Below are positions 1-9,491 of a DNA stretch of 64,000 nucleotides, in pieces (position 1 is the first letter of the stretch; each line of letters begins with the position of its first letter). Source of the stretch: an uncultured Actinomycetes bacterium (GTDB lineage Bacteria; Actinomycetota; Actinomycetes; Mycobacteriales; Jatrophihabitantaceae); NCBI GenBank assembly GCA_963708805.1, contig CAVPUA010000003.1, positions 750,455-814,454 of the forward strand, written 5' to 3'. Below the pieces are notes generated by a model. It was not told the DNA's origin and did not search any database. It saw only the letters and a program-made list of their open reading frames with translations. A program made the translations under genes and the position numbers.

Positions 1-72
1 ACGATCTCGACGGCTGGGCTCACCTACTCATTCTTCCAGCTCAGCTCTTCCCACCGGGCCAAGTGGATCAGG

Positions 73-603
73 TCACGCGCCCACGTCGTGGGCGTGATGC
101 TCCACGTCGTGCAGGAAGTACTTGCCCAGCGTCTCGACGGTGAACCTCGAACCGTTCGAGCGCCGGCCCGGCCGAGTCCACGCCTGGTCGGGCACGCTGC
201 TGAACACGGCCGCGACCGTGGCGGCGGCGCGGTCGAGCTCGTCGGCGACCAGCGTCGGGTCCTGCGTCCAGTACCGCTCCTCGAGGGCGGTCGCGTCCTG
301 ATCCCAGTTCGCGAACTGCGGGTCGTCCTCGGTGAGCATCAGCGACGCCCTGGTTGCGAAGATCCGGCAGACGTCACGGACGTGCGCGCCGTACTCGAGC
401 GCCGACCAGGTGACGTCATCCGGACGATTCGCCGAACCGTCGGCCCGGACAGCGCCGGCCAGCCGCCCGGCCGCGTCGAGGGCGCGGGCGGGGATTTCGG
501 CCCGATCGATCGCGGCCGCGTCGTAGCCGCATTCGGCACAGGGCGCGTCGAGAACCCACGTCCAGTCCTTCTCGTCCGGTATCGGTGTTGTCGGGTCAGT
601 CAT
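73..603 (-). CDS. DinB/MDMPI-superfamily protein (mycothiol maleylpyruvate isomerase N-terminal-like, TIGR03083-like)
   Basis: Intact 176-aa ORF. Motif W..LEYGAHVRDV resembles the MDMPI_N/DinB_2 fold. Typical high-GC codon bias. Confidence 0.5.
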   Translation of the reverse strand: MTDPTTPIPDEKDWTWVLDAPCAECGYDAAAIDRAEIPARALDAAGRLAGAVRADGSANRPDDVTWSALEYGAHVRDVCRIFATRASLMLTEDDPQFANWDQDATALEERYWTQDPTLVADELDRAAATVAAVFSSVPDQAWTRPGRRSNGSRFTVETLGKYFLHDVEHHAHDVGA

Positions 604-681
604 CGGGCGCTCCTGCGGTCGTCGGAACGCAACAAGATCACGGGCGTCAACCCGATTCGGACGGCCGCGCCGGGAGCGCCG

Positions 682-981
682 TCAGTCGAGGTCGAACGCG
701 GCGTGAATGGCCCGCGACAGCGCAGTCTCCTGCTCGGGCAACAGCCGGCCGAGCTGCCGGCCCAGGTCAGTGACGGAAATGGTCACGATGTTGTCGAGGT
801 TGACAACCCAGGCATGATCCAGCCCGTTCGCGGCACCGAGCGGAACCTCGACGGAAAGTCCGCGCACGGTACTCGTGATGGGTGCGACGGTGACGAGGTT
901 GCGCCGCGGTCGCACCTGATCTCGCGTCAGCACCACAACGGGGCGCGTCTTGTCGAGTCTGGCGAGGTGAATAGGGCGCAT
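682..981 (-). CDS. mazF: type II toxin-antitoxin system toxin, PemK/MazF family
   Basis: 99-aa ORF with the MazF-like core (RPVVVLT...VTVAPITS...GL). Its start overlaps the stop of the upstream small RHH-type ORF (ATGA at 981). Confidence 0.8.
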   Translation of the reverse strand: MRPIHLARLDKTRPVVVLTRDQVRPRRNLVTVAPITSTVRGLSVEVPLGAANGLDHAWVVNLDNIVTISVTDLGRQLGRLLPEQETALSRAIHAAFDLD

Positions 982-1220
982 CAGTCGAGTTCGGCCAGGG
1001 GCACCCTGGCCGCGAGCCCGGCCAGACCGGCGAACTCGTCGTCCGCTGTGCTGATGGACGCGTAGATCGCGGCATCGCGTTCAGCGGCAAGCCGTCGCTG
1101 CTCACGCGTGATGGCGTGCCAGATGAAGTCGGCCCGGCTACGGGCGGCCCCGCTCGATACCTGCGCGTCCACGAACCTCACGAGCTCGTCGGGAAGGCGA
1201 ATGGCGATCTGAGTGCTCAT
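981..1220 (-). CDS. mazE: type II antitoxin, ribbon-helix-helix (MazE/CopG-like)
   Basis: 79-aa ORF immediately upstream of mazF and translationally coupled to it. N-terminal IAIRLPDELVRFVD matches the RHH DNA-binding signature. Confidence 0.7.
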   Translation of the reverse strand: MSTQIAIRLPDELVRFVDAQVSSGAARSRADFIWHAITREQRRLAAERDAAIYASISTADDEFAGLAGLAARVPLAELD

Positions 1221-1271
1221 ACCAAAACGGTACCAGGGTGGGATTCAAGCTGTGCTCAGCGGCGCGACGGC

Positions 1272-2090
1272 TCAGTGCGAGACCTGATCTGCGGGCGGGG
1301 CAGCGATGGACACCGGCTGGTCGTAGTTGCTGACAGTGATCTTGGTCGACGCGTCCTGACCGCCCACGGTCAGGTCTTCGGTGAGCTGGACGAGCCGGTT
1401 CTGGCTGTCCAGCCAGGCTTCGAGGGGTAGCGTCGCGATCCCCGCCGCGCCCAGTGTGGTCGAGGCCGGGTTTCCGGGCGGCAGCTTCGCGACGTCGACC
1501 ACGATCGAATAGTGCGTCGTGGCCTGGCCGTCGATCGTGGCCGGCCCGTCGTCGGTGACGGTGGTGGCGGCCTGGGCGAGGGCGCTGTAGGAGCTGAGCG
1601 AGGACTGCGACAACAGCGATCCGGTCGTCGTGCCGAGCGTGCGGGCGAGAGGATTGCTGCTGGTGGCGTCGGCGAGCAGCCAGGGCTTTCCGGATGACTC
1701 GATGCCCGGCAGCTTGGCGTAGACCTGGGTGCCGATGACCCTCAGTTCGACCGAGCCGAAGCCGGGCAGCGCCTCGGTCACGTCCATCGCCGTCAGCTTG
1801 CCGCCGGAGATCGACTCGTCGCCGCTGGCGGTGATCTGCTGGCCGGCCACGCTGACCGACAGATCGAGATGCAGCGAGCTGGTCTGAGCCAGGCTCTGGG
1901 ACAGTAGGGCGGCGAGGGTAGGCCCGTTCGTCGCACTGCTGCCGGAGACGGGGGCCCCGGTGGCGCCGCCGCCGGCGCCCGCCGCGCCGGCTGGTGCGCC
2001 GTGGCCAGGAGTCACGTTCGCGCAGGCGGTCAGCAACAACGCCGCGCCGACGAAGCCGGCCGCAGCGGCCGGATATCGGACGCGATTCAT
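1272..2090 (-). CDS. putative secreted lipoprotein (LppX/LprAFG-like)
   Basis: N-terminal signal peptide with lipobox LLLTAC. Followed by a Gly/Ala-rich linker and a roughly 200-aa domain. Confidence 0.6.
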   Translation of the reverse strand: MNRVRYPAAAAGFVGAALLLTACANVTPGHGAPAGAAGAGGGATGAPVSGSSATNGPTLAALLSQSLAQTSSLHLDLSVSVAGQQITASGDESISGGKLTAMDVTEALPGFGSVELRVIGTQVYAKLPGIESSGKPWLLADATSSNPLARTLGTTTGSLLSQSSLSSYSALAQAATTVTDDGPATIDGQATTHYSIVVDVAKLPPGNPASTTLGAAGIATLPLEAWLDSQNRLVQLTEDLTVGGQDASTKITVSNYDQPVSIAAPPADQVSH

Positions 2091-2234
2091 GAGCGCTAAG
2101 TTACGGCATTGACGGTCTGCTGTACATGAATTTCACGCCCCCGATCACTGCTGTGCAGTCCACTCGCGGGGTGGACCGAAGGCGGTTCGGGCTGTTCAAG
2201 ATCTGACGACGCGAGCCGCGGTCGGCACCTCAGG

Positions 2235-3884
2235 TCAGAGGGGCCTCAACAGGTCGTCGGCGTCGACGATCGTGTACGCGTAACCCTGCTCGGCCAGGAA
2301 CCGCTGCCGGTGCGCGGCGTACTCGGCGTCCAGGGTGTCGCGCGCGATCACCGTGTAGAAGTGGGCCTGACGGCCGTCCTTCTTGGGCCGTAGCACGCGT
2401 CCGAGCCGCTGCGCCTCTTCCTGGCGCGACCCGAACGTCCCGCTGATCTGGATCGCGACCGCCGCCTCGGGCAGGTCGATCGAGAAGTTCGCGACCTTGC
2501 TCACGACCAGCACGCGTGATTCGCCGCGACGGAACTCGTCGTAGAGGCGCTCGCGCTCCTTGTTCGTCGTCGATCCCTGGATGATCGGGGCGCCGTCCAG
2601 TTCGGCCGAGACGTCGTCGAGTTGGTCGAGGTACGCCCCGATCACGAGCACCTGGTCGTCCGGATGCTGGTCGACGATCGTCTTGATCACCGGCAACTTC
2701 GTCCGGGCGGTGGCCGCGAGCTTGTAGCGGTCCTCGGGCTCGGCCGTCGCATAGCTCATACGTTCGGCGTCGGTGAGCGTCACGCGCACCTCGGTGCAGT
2801 CGGCCGGCGCGATCCAGCCCTGGTTCTCGATGTCCTTCCACGGCGCGTCGTAGCGCTTGGGGCCGATCAGGCTGAAGACATCGCCCTCGCGGCCGTCCTC
2901 GCGGATCAGCGTCGCCGTAAGGCCGAGCCGGCGCCGCGACTGCAGGTCGGCAGTGAGCCGGAAGATCGGGGCGGGCAACAGGTGTACCTCGTCGTAGATG
3001 ATCAAGCCCCAGTCGCGCGAGTCGAACAGCTCGAGGTGGCGGTATTCACCCTTCCGGCGGGTCGTCATCACCTGGTAGGTGGCGATGGTGACCGGGCGGA
3101 TCTCCTTCTTCTCACCGCTGTACTCGCCGATCTCGTCCTCGGTGAGCGACGTGCGTGCGAGCAGTTCCCGCTTCCATTGGCGACCGCTGACGGTGTTGGT
3201 GACCAGGATCAACGTGGTCGCCTTGGCGTGCGCCATCGCCGCCGCGCCGACGAGTGTCTTGCCCGCGCCGCAGGGCAGCACGACCACGCCCGAGCCGCCG
3301 GCCCAGAACATGTCGACGGCCTGTTGCTGGTAGTCGCGCAGCACCCAACCGTCCTGATTCAGATCGATCTGGTGCGCCTCGCCGTCGACGTAGCCGGCGA
3401 GGTCTTCGGCCGGCCAGCCGACCTTCAGCAGCGCCTGCTTGAGCCGACCGCGCTCGGACGGGTGGACGAGCACCGTGTCGTCGTCGACGCGGGTGCCCAG
3501 CATCGGGGCGATCTTCTTCTGCCGCAGGATCTCTTCGAGCACGGCGCGGTCGAGGCTGATCAGGGCCAGGCCGTGCACGGGGTGCTTGACCAGCTGCAGC
3601 CGTCCGTAGCGATCCATCGTGTCGGCGACATCGACCAGCAGCGCGTGCGGCACCGAGTAGCGGCTGTAGCGCACCAGCGCGTCGACGACCTGCTCGGCGT
3701 CGTGGCCGGCCGCCCGCGCGTTCCACAGGCCCAGCGGCGTCAAACGATAGGTGTGGACGTGCTCGGGCGAGCGCTCGAGCTCGGCGAAGGGCGCGATGGC
3801 GGCGCGGGCCTCTTGCGCCATGGGGTGGTCGACTTCGAGTAGCAGGGTCTTGTCGGACTGGACGATCAGGGGTCCCTCGGTCAC
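2235..3884 (-). CDS. XPB/ERCC3-type SF2 DNA helicase (Rv0861c-like)
   Basis: The ORF-track frame 2235..4025 contains the Walker A motif GAGKT, DEVH, and XPB-specific N-terminal and RED-like regions. The start is placed at GTG (VTEGPLIVQSDKT) by analogy. The upstream part of the ORF overlaps the opposite-strand gene. Confidence 0.85.
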   Translation of the reverse strand: MTEGPLIVQSDKTLLLEVDHPMAQEARAAIAPFAELERSPEHVHTYRLTPLGLWNARAAGHDAEQVVDALVRYSRYSVPHALLVDVADTMDRYGRLQLVKHPVHGLALISLDRAVLEEILRQKKIAPMLGTRVDDDTVLVHPSERGRLKQALLKVGWPAEDLAGYVDGEAHQIDLNQDGWVLRDYQQQAVDMFWAGGSGVVVLPCGAGKTLVGAAAMAHAKATTLILVTNTVSGRQWKRELLARTSLTEDEIGEYSGEKKEIRPVTIATYQVMTTRRKGEYRHLELFDSRDWGLIIYDEVHLLPAPIFRLTADLQSRRRLGLTATLIREDGREGDVFSLIGPKRYDAPWKDIENQGWIAPADCTEVRVTLTDAERMSYATAEPEDRYKLAATARTKLPVIKTIVDQHPDDQVLVIGAYLDQLDDVSAELDGAPIIQGSTTNKERERLYDEFRRGESRVLVVSKVANFSIDLPEAAVAIQISGTFGSRQEEAQRLGRVLRPKKDGRQAHFYTVIARDTLDAEYAAHRQRFLAEQGYAYTIVDADDLLRPL

Positions 3885-4023
3885 CTGACCATTGTTCCAG
3901 GTACGGACGACATCGGGTGTCGCTCCAGAGATCCACCCCGTCTCCACCCCCAGGTTGATTCGCCTGGAGGCGCCGGCGGCGAGTCTTGAACCAAGCGAAA
4001 CGCCACCTCCCGAAGGAAACGAC

Positions 4024-4554
4024 ATGAGCCTGTCCGACTACATCCTCGATTCAGTACTGGTCCTGCTGGTGCTGCGCCAGATCAGGGTCGCCCGCTTCGA
4101 CCGGAAGGCGATGCTGCTGCCACTGGTCATCGTCGGCGTGGTCGCCCACAGCTACCTGAACACGATCCCGACCGCCGGCAACGACCTGGTGCTGATCGCC
4201 GCGCTGACCGGCCTGGGCGTCCTGCTCGGAACGCTGAGCGGGGTGACCACGCGAGTGTGGTCCGACGGCGGCAAGTACGCGCTGGTGCAGGCGGGCCCAG
4301 CTGCCGCGGGGCTCTGGGTGCTCGGCATGGGCTCGCGGTTCGCGTTCATCTTCTACTACACGCACTTCGGCTCGAGCGCCGTCACGAACTTCAGCATCGC
4401 CCACGACATCACCGGATCGACCGCCTGGACCGCCGCCCTCGTCCTGATGGCGCTCGGCGAGGTCCTGTCCCGGACGGGTCTGCTCTATGTCCGCAGCCAC
4501 CGGGCGGTGACCGGGACGCCCACCCCGTCCCTGCAGTTCGCCGGCGCCCGCTGA
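4024..4554 (+). CDS. small integral membrane protein (4-5 TM), unknown function
   Basis: Internal ATG (MSLSDYILD...) of ORF 3892..4554, chosen to avoid overlap with the helicase. Hydrophobic segments run throughout. Confidence 0.45.
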   Translation: MSLSDYILDSVLVLLVLRQIRVARFDRKAMLLPLVIVGVVAHSYLNTIPTAGNDLVLIAALTGLGVLLGTLSGVTTRVWSDGGKYALVQAGPAAAGLWVLGMGSRFAFIFYYTHFGSSAVTNFSIAHDITGSTAWTAALVLMALGEVLSRTGLLYVRSHRAVTGTPTPSLQFAGAR

Positions 4555-4653
4555 CGGGTCGACGCCGGGCCGAGTGGCCGATTCTGCCGCGAGTGGTCGC
4601 CTACGGGCGGCCACTCGCGGTTTTTTCGGCCACTCACGGTGAACTAGATCGAT

Positions 4654-5350
4654 TCAGTCACCGAGACCGTTGCGCCAGGCCCAGGCGACCAGCCCCGGAC
4701 GGCCGTCGACATCGAGCTTGGACAGCACGTGGTTGAGGTGCGTCTTCACCGTGGCCTCGCTGACCACCAGCCGCCGGGCGATCTGCTGATTGGTCAGCCC
4801 CTCGGCGACCAGCCGGACGACCTCCACCTCGCGCCGGGTCAGCCCGTCGGGCTCGTCGCCGGACGGATCGTGGCCCAGCGAGCCCGGCGAGCCGGCGAGC
4901 GGAGCCCGGCGAGCCCGCTGAGCCCGCCGGGGATGCAGGGCCCTCCCGCAGGAGTTCGACCAACCGCCGCTGGACCGTCTCGTCGAGCACCGTCCGCCCG
5001 GCAGCCACCTCGCCGATCGCCGCGGCGAGCGCCTCGCTCGAGGCGTCCTTGGTGAGATACCCGGCCGCGCCCGCCCGCAGAGCAGGCAGGATCGCGTCGT
5101 CGTCGGCGAACGTCGTCAAGATCAGCACGCGCGTCTCGCCGCCGACGGCGGCCGCGACCTGTGCCCCGTCCAGGCCGGGCATCCGCAGGTCGCACAACAG
5201 CACGTCGGGTCGCAGCGACCGGGTCAGCCGCACGGCCTCGTCGCCGTCGACCGCGGCGCCGACGACCTCGAGGCCGTCATGCGCCGACAACAGCAGGACG
5301 AGCCCGTCGCGCACGACCGCCTGGTCGTCGGCGACGAGGACGCGGATCAC
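4654..5350 (-). pseudogene. NarL/LuxR-family response regulator, frame-disrupted within a tandem-repeat linker
   Basis: The receiver domain (VLVADDQ..., DLRMPGLDG) is in the 4658..6451 frame. The LuxR HTH (GLTRREVEVVRLVAEGLTNQQIARRLVVSEATVKTHL) is in another frame ending at 4654. The frame switch falls in a (GAGCCCGGC)n-like repeat at about 4860-4935. The GTG start overlaps the kinase stop (GTGA). Confidence 0.75.
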
Positions 5351-6486
5351 GGGGTCACCACCGGAAGCGTCAACTCGACGAGCCAGCCGCCGCCTTCCTG
5401 AGGACCGGTGCGCACCTGACCGCCGCAGTCGGCCACGCGCTTGGCCATCCCGGCCAGCCCCGTGCCGCTGCCCTGTCCGGTGACCGGCGAGTGGCCGGCG
5501 GCCGGCCCGAGGTCGCCGATCCGCACAACGAGGCCGTCCGTCCAGTCCAGCGCGACGACGACGGGGGAGCCGGGCGCGTACCGGGCCGCGTTGGTCAGCG
5601 ACTCCTGGACGGCGCGGTAGGCCGCCTCGCCGCCGGCGTCGGACACTGCGCCGGGCGTTCCCGACACCTCGAACCGGGCGTTGCCGGGGTAGCGCTCGAC
5701 CAGCGCCGGGATCGCGTCGACGCCGAGGCCGCCAGGATCGCGCAGTGCCCCGACCGCCGAGCGCGCCTCGATCAGCCCGTCCCGCGCGAGTTCGGCGGCG
5801 CGATCGAGCGGGGCCAGCACCTCGGGGCCGACGTCGGCCTTGGCGGCGACGGCCCGGATGGCCTGCAGCTGGAGCGACAAGCCAGCCAGGCTGTGGGCGA
5901 GCACGTCGTGCATGTCGCGCGCGATCCGGCCGCGCTCCTGGGCCGCGGCGGCCCGCGCCTCGGCCGCCCGGCTGGCCTCCAACTCGATCAGCAGCGCGCG
6001 CGCCCGGTCGCGTTCGACCACGAGCTGCTGGCGTTCGGCCACCCGTTGATAGAGCACAGGCACGGCGAGTCCGGCCAGCAGTCCGGCGATGCTGTGCGAC
6101 GCCCAGCCGACCGTCGCGCCGAACAGGATCGCTGCGCCGATCATCAGGGCCCGGCTCAGCTGCTTGGACGGAATCGAGGCCAGCCGGCCGACCGCAATGA
6201 CGAACGGGACGTAGCCCAGCCCGTTCGGTGCGGCCAGGATCGCGCCGAGACCCGCTGCGCAGACGACCACGATCGCGGTTGTGCGCAGGCGGTCGTCGTC
6301 GGCCGCGGTGCGCCACATCGCCACGGAGGCGATCACCATGAGCGCTCCGGCGGTGATCCGCTGCGCGACGCCCTCCGCCTGGTAGACGGTCGCGCCGTCG
6401 ACGGCCACCCACGCGATGATCGACCACCACCAAGGCAACGAGGTGAGCCATCGATCGAAGCCCGGCTGGGTCGTCTCAGTCGTCAT
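5347..6486 (-). CDS. sensor histidine kinase, HisKA_3 (NarX/DesK-like) with N-terminal multi-TM sensor
   Basis: H-box RIARDMHDVLAHSLAGL, HATPase N and G boxes, and 5-6 N-terminal TM helices. The stop overlaps the regulator start. Confidence 0.8.
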   Translation of the reverse strand: MTTETTQPGFDRWLTSLPWWWSIIAWVAVDGATVYQAEGVAQRITAGALMVIASVAMWRTAADDDRLRTTAIVVVCAAGLGAILAAPNGLGYVPFVIAVGRLASIPSKQLSRALMIGAAILFGATVGWASHSIAGLLAGLAVPVLYQRVAERQQLVVERDRARALLIELEASRAAEARAAAAQERGRIARDMHDVLAHSLAGLSLQLQAIRAVAAKADVGPEVLAPLDRAAELARDGLIEARSAVGALRDPGGLGVDAIPALVERYPGNARFEVSGTPGAVSDAGGEAAYRAVQESLTNAARYAPGSPVVVALDWTDGLVVRIGDLGPAAGHSPVTGQGSGTGLAGMAKRVADCGGQVRTGPQEGGGWLVELTLPVVTP

Positions 6487-8863
6487 CGTCGAGCACGCTG
6501 ACCGCGGTGATCCGGTGCAGCGGGTAGGACTGCAGCCGCGCCGTCGACTCCTCGTGCCCGCGAAGCACTCCGCCGGCCATCGAGATCGGGACGATCGTGT
6601 GCTGCGACGCCGTGCCGTCCGCGTCGACGAAGCCGAGCCAGATCCGGCTGCCGGCGCGAATCGCATCGCGCAGCAGGCCGAGCGTGGTGGCCGACGTGAC
6701 GCCCGGGATCTGCTGGCCTATCGGCTGCACGCGGCGGGCGATCTCGGCCAGCGAGTCACCGGAGCGGATCCGGCGGACCACCTCGGCCAGCTGGACGTCG
6801 CTGTCGACCGCCGGGCGGGGGCGCACGATGCGTGAGGTCGGCCGCGCGGGTGCCCGGGGCGAGTCGGCGTTGACGTTCACGACCGCGCCGTCCGGGTTCT
6901 CGGCGGCGGGCGCGTAGCCGGCCTCACGCAGCACGTCCAGTACCTGCGCGACCGGCGACGCGCTGACGACGACGGTCGGGGCGAGGCGGCGCAGGCCGAG
7001 TGACTCGGCGTTGCGATCGCTCATCACCCGATCGAGCAAGCTCTCGTCGTCGCAGCGTAGGTACGCCGACGCGACCCCGGTTCGGAGCACGCCGTGGCGG
7101 CGGCCGATGTCGTCGATCAGGTACGAGAGCGCCTGCGGGATCGGAGTGGTCGAGCGTGAGGCGAAGAAGTCGGCCAGCTCGGCGGCGCTCTGCCCGGCGT
7201 CCAGTCCGCGGCGGATCGTGGCCTCGGTGATCCGGAAGACGCTGGCGCCACCCGAGGACTCGAGGTTGGCGACCAGCTCGAGTTCGGCCGCGAGATCACT
7301 GGCCGGGGGGCCGGGCACGACCACGGTGAGATCGGGCTGGACCAGGAACGTGGTGACCGGTGCCGGCAGCGCGATCGTCAGGGCGTCCTCGGTGGCCTTC
7401 ACCGATCCGGCCAGCAGCGCGCGGGTGTAGCCGGTCAGGCCGCCCGCCGCGGTGAGCCCGAGTTGGTCCGCCTCGAGCAGGATCTGCTCGGCCAGCACGC
7501 GCTGCGCGTTGGCCCGGCGGGGCGACTCCCACGCCAGCCGGTCGAGGACGGCCTGGGCGTCGCGCGGTCGCTCGCCGGGCGTCATGGTGGCCAGGATGCC
7601 GAGCACGCTGCGCCGCAGTGAGGCGATCGTGCCGCGCTCGGCGTCCGGACTGAGCGCGTTGATCACCTTGTCGCGCTCGCCGCGCTGCCCCACGAGCCCG
7701 GGCTGCCGCGACATCCCGAGCCAGGCGCTGGCGAGCGGCACCCACCGTTCGGCCGGCTCGTGCCGACGCCACAGGTCGAACTCCGACGTCGGCAGGAACG
7801 CCGGGTCGATGCCGTTGGTCGAGGCCAGCAGTCCGGCCGCCACGGCGACCTCGACGAGCAGCGCCGCCGTGGGTTCGCTGACGTCCAGGACCCGCGCCGA
7901 GCGGCGCAGCTCGCGGATGCCGATGCCACCACCGCGCAGGACCGGCGCCGGATGGCGCGCCCAGTCCTCGCCCAGTGCGTCGACCAGCCGCAACGTCTCG
8001 AGCACCGCGGTGGTGCCGGCGCGGTCGGCCTCGACCGGTGTGCGCTCGATGGCGACGACCGCCGGCGCCTGGAAACTGACGCCACCCAGCGGGCGGTCGC
8101 CGCGAACCGCAAGCCCGACCTCGCGCGGCAGCTCGACCGTGCGCGTGTCGATCGGCACCAGCAGCCCGCGGGCCACCAGCCGGACCGCCGGCGAGGAATC
8201 GTCCGGCGCGGCGGGATTCTGCGCGTCGCGGATCAGCCCGGCCGGCGGACCCGCGGCGAGGCGGTCCAGCACGTCGCGCTCGTCCGGGTCGACCTCGGCC
8301 ACCAGCTGGCCGACGCGCGGCAGGAGTTCGGCCAGGACGGCGCGAGCCGATGTCGGCTGCGTCATCGGCGGTAGCCCGAACGCCCGCAGCATCGGCGCCA
8401 GGACCACATCGGAACTCTGGCGCAGCAGCAGGGCGGCCGGGCGTCCGAGGCCGGCGGGGTAGGCGCCGACCGCGTCGGAGACGCCGGTGACCAGGTGCAG
8501 CGCGTCGTCCTCGCCCCAGACCAGCGCGCGGCGACGCAACCCGTCCAGTTCGCCGCGCCGGTCGATCGGCGGTAGCAGCGCCGACGCGGCATCCAGGTCC
8601 ACCCGGTTGTCGGCGGCGGTGATCACCAACGCCTCGAGGGTGCGCAGTTGCCCGGCGTCCAGGGCGTCGACGGCCCGCAGCAGCGAGCTCCGGACGCTGA
8701 TGCGACTGGCCAGCGTCGCGAAATCGCCGGGCGCCGGCAGCGCGAGGTCGGGCCGCAGCCGGAGCAGCGTCGTCAGCTCGTCGTCCGAGCGTCGACGTAG
8801 CCAGTCGGCGAGCGAGGCCGGCCGTCCCGTCGTCGAGGCCGCGCGCGCCGCGGGTTGGGACAT
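6476..8863 (-). CDS. large conserved actinobacterial protein (Rv0862c-like), XPB-helicase-associated
   Basis: Intact 795-aa ORF. In related genomes this protein lies beside XPB. Function is not inferable from sequence alone. Confidence 0.55.
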   Translation of the reverse strand: MSQPAARAASTTGRPASLADWLRRRSDDELTTLLRLRPDLALPAPGDFATLASRISVRSSLLRAVDALDAGQLRTLEALVITAADNRVDLDAASALLPPIDRRGELDGLRRRALVWGEDDALHLVTGVSDAVGAYPAGLGRPAALLLRQSSDVVLAPMLRAFGLPPMTQPTSARAVLAELLPRVGQLVAEVDPDERDVLDRLAAGPPAGLIRDAQNPAAPDDSSPAVRLVARGLLVPIDTRTVELPREVGLAVRGDRPLGGVSFQAPAVVAIERTPVEADRAGTTAVLETLRLVDALGEDWARHPAPVLRGGGIGIRELRRSARVLDVSEPTAALLVEVAVAAGLLASTNGIDPAFLPTSEFDLWRRHEPAERWVPLASAWLGMSRQPGLVGQRGERDKVINALSPDAERGTIASLRRSVLGILATMTPGERPRDAQAVLDRLAWESPRRANAQRVLAEQILLEADQLGLTAAGGLTGYTRALLAGSVKATEDALTIALPAPVTTFLVQPDLTVVVPGPPASDLAAELELVANLESSGGASVFRITEATIRRGLDAGQSAAELADFFASRSTTPIPQALSYLIDDIGRRHGVLRTGVASAYLRCDDESLLDRVMSDRNAESLGLRRLAPTVVVSASPVAQVLDVLREAGYAPAAENPDGAVVNVNADSPRAPARPTSRIVRPRPAVDSDVQLAEVVRRIRSGDSLAEIARRVQPIGQQIPGVTSATTLGLLRDAIRAGSRIWLGFVDADGTASQHTIVPISMAGGVLRGHEESTARLQSYPLHRITAVSVLDDDD

Positions 8864-8870
8864 CAGGTGG

Positions 8871-9392
8871 CTAGTCGCCAGCGAGGTGCGGGCGGTCCTC
8901 GGGGCCGGGGTGTACGTAGCCCAATGACTCGACCGGCAGCGGGAACTCGATGTCGTCGCCGAACGGGGACATCGACCCGGCGTTCTCGGCCGCGAGTTCG
9001 GAGACGTGGAACTCCTCGGCGACGGGCCGGGTGCGGACGGGCGGAAGATACGGCTCGGGAAGGTTCGACTGGCCGGTCATCGAGATGCCCCTTCGGTGAT
9101 CTGTGCGAACGACCAGTGTCCCACGTTGCTCATAGCGGGCCCAGACGAGGCGTGACGCTAGTGCGCTTCCAGATCGCGCAGCGCCTGCGCGCTGGGCCTC
9201 GCGCCCGTGGTGGAGGGCGGCCCACACGGCGATCGCGAATCCGATCGGAGCGGCCAGGCAGGCCAGGTTCAGCCACAGCGGGGAGTTGTGGTGGCCGTCG
9301 AAGAACGGCAGCACGTCGATGACGATGAAGACCAAACCGACGACGAAGAGGATGAGTCCCGACTCGCACCATGCGCATCCGACGAGTATCAC
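8871..9392 (-). CDS. hypothetical membrane protein
   Basis: ORF frame 8871..9578. The start is placed at GTG (MILVGCAWCESGLILFVVGLVFIVIDVLPFF...). An internal ATG with a strong RBS (GAAGGGG) at 9080 could give an alternative 69-aa product. Confidence 0.35.
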   Translation of the reverse strand: MILVGCAWCESGLILFVVGLVFIVIDVLPFFDGHHNSPLWLNLACLAAPIGFAIAVWAALHHGREAQRAGAARSGSALASRLVWARYEQRGTLVVRTDHRRGISMTGQSNLPEPYLPPVRTRPVAEEFHVSELAAENAGSMSPFGDDIEFPLPVESLGYVHPGPEDRPHLAGD

Positions 9393-9441
9393 CGAATCAT
9401 GGGTGCGTTGGTTGCCGTGGGTGAGTAGCCTTACACGGGTA

Positions 9442-9467
9442 GCACCGCGGTGTGCGGTGCTTTTTTC
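9442..9467 (+). promoter_or_regulatory. stem-loop plus T-tract (GCACCGCggtgtGCGGTGC TTTTTT) in the cspB 5' leader/promoter region
   Basis: Perfect 7-bp stem, 5-nt loop, then a T6 run. It lies about 25 nt upstream of the cspB start, in the 99-bp divergent intergenic region. Confidence 0.35.
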
Positions 9468-9491
9468 GTGTTCTGACATCAAGGAGTCTCG

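Noticed and set aside
88-1065. Long antisense and alternate-frame ORFs throughout (e.g. 88..1065+, 2622..3842+, 13062..14171+, 16441..17193-, 17937..19106-, 20016..21083+, 39785..41152-, 60849..62165+)
   Set aside because: They overlap well-supported genes on the opposite strand. Their Arg/Gly/Pro-rich composition is characteristic of spurious ORFs in 70% GC DNA.
4658-6451. 597-aa ORF as one protein
   Set aside because: It is a composite of the response-regulator receiver frame plus out-of-frame read-through across the histidine kinase gene. Its upstream 360 codons are Arg/Gly-rich filler typical of high-GC alternate frames.
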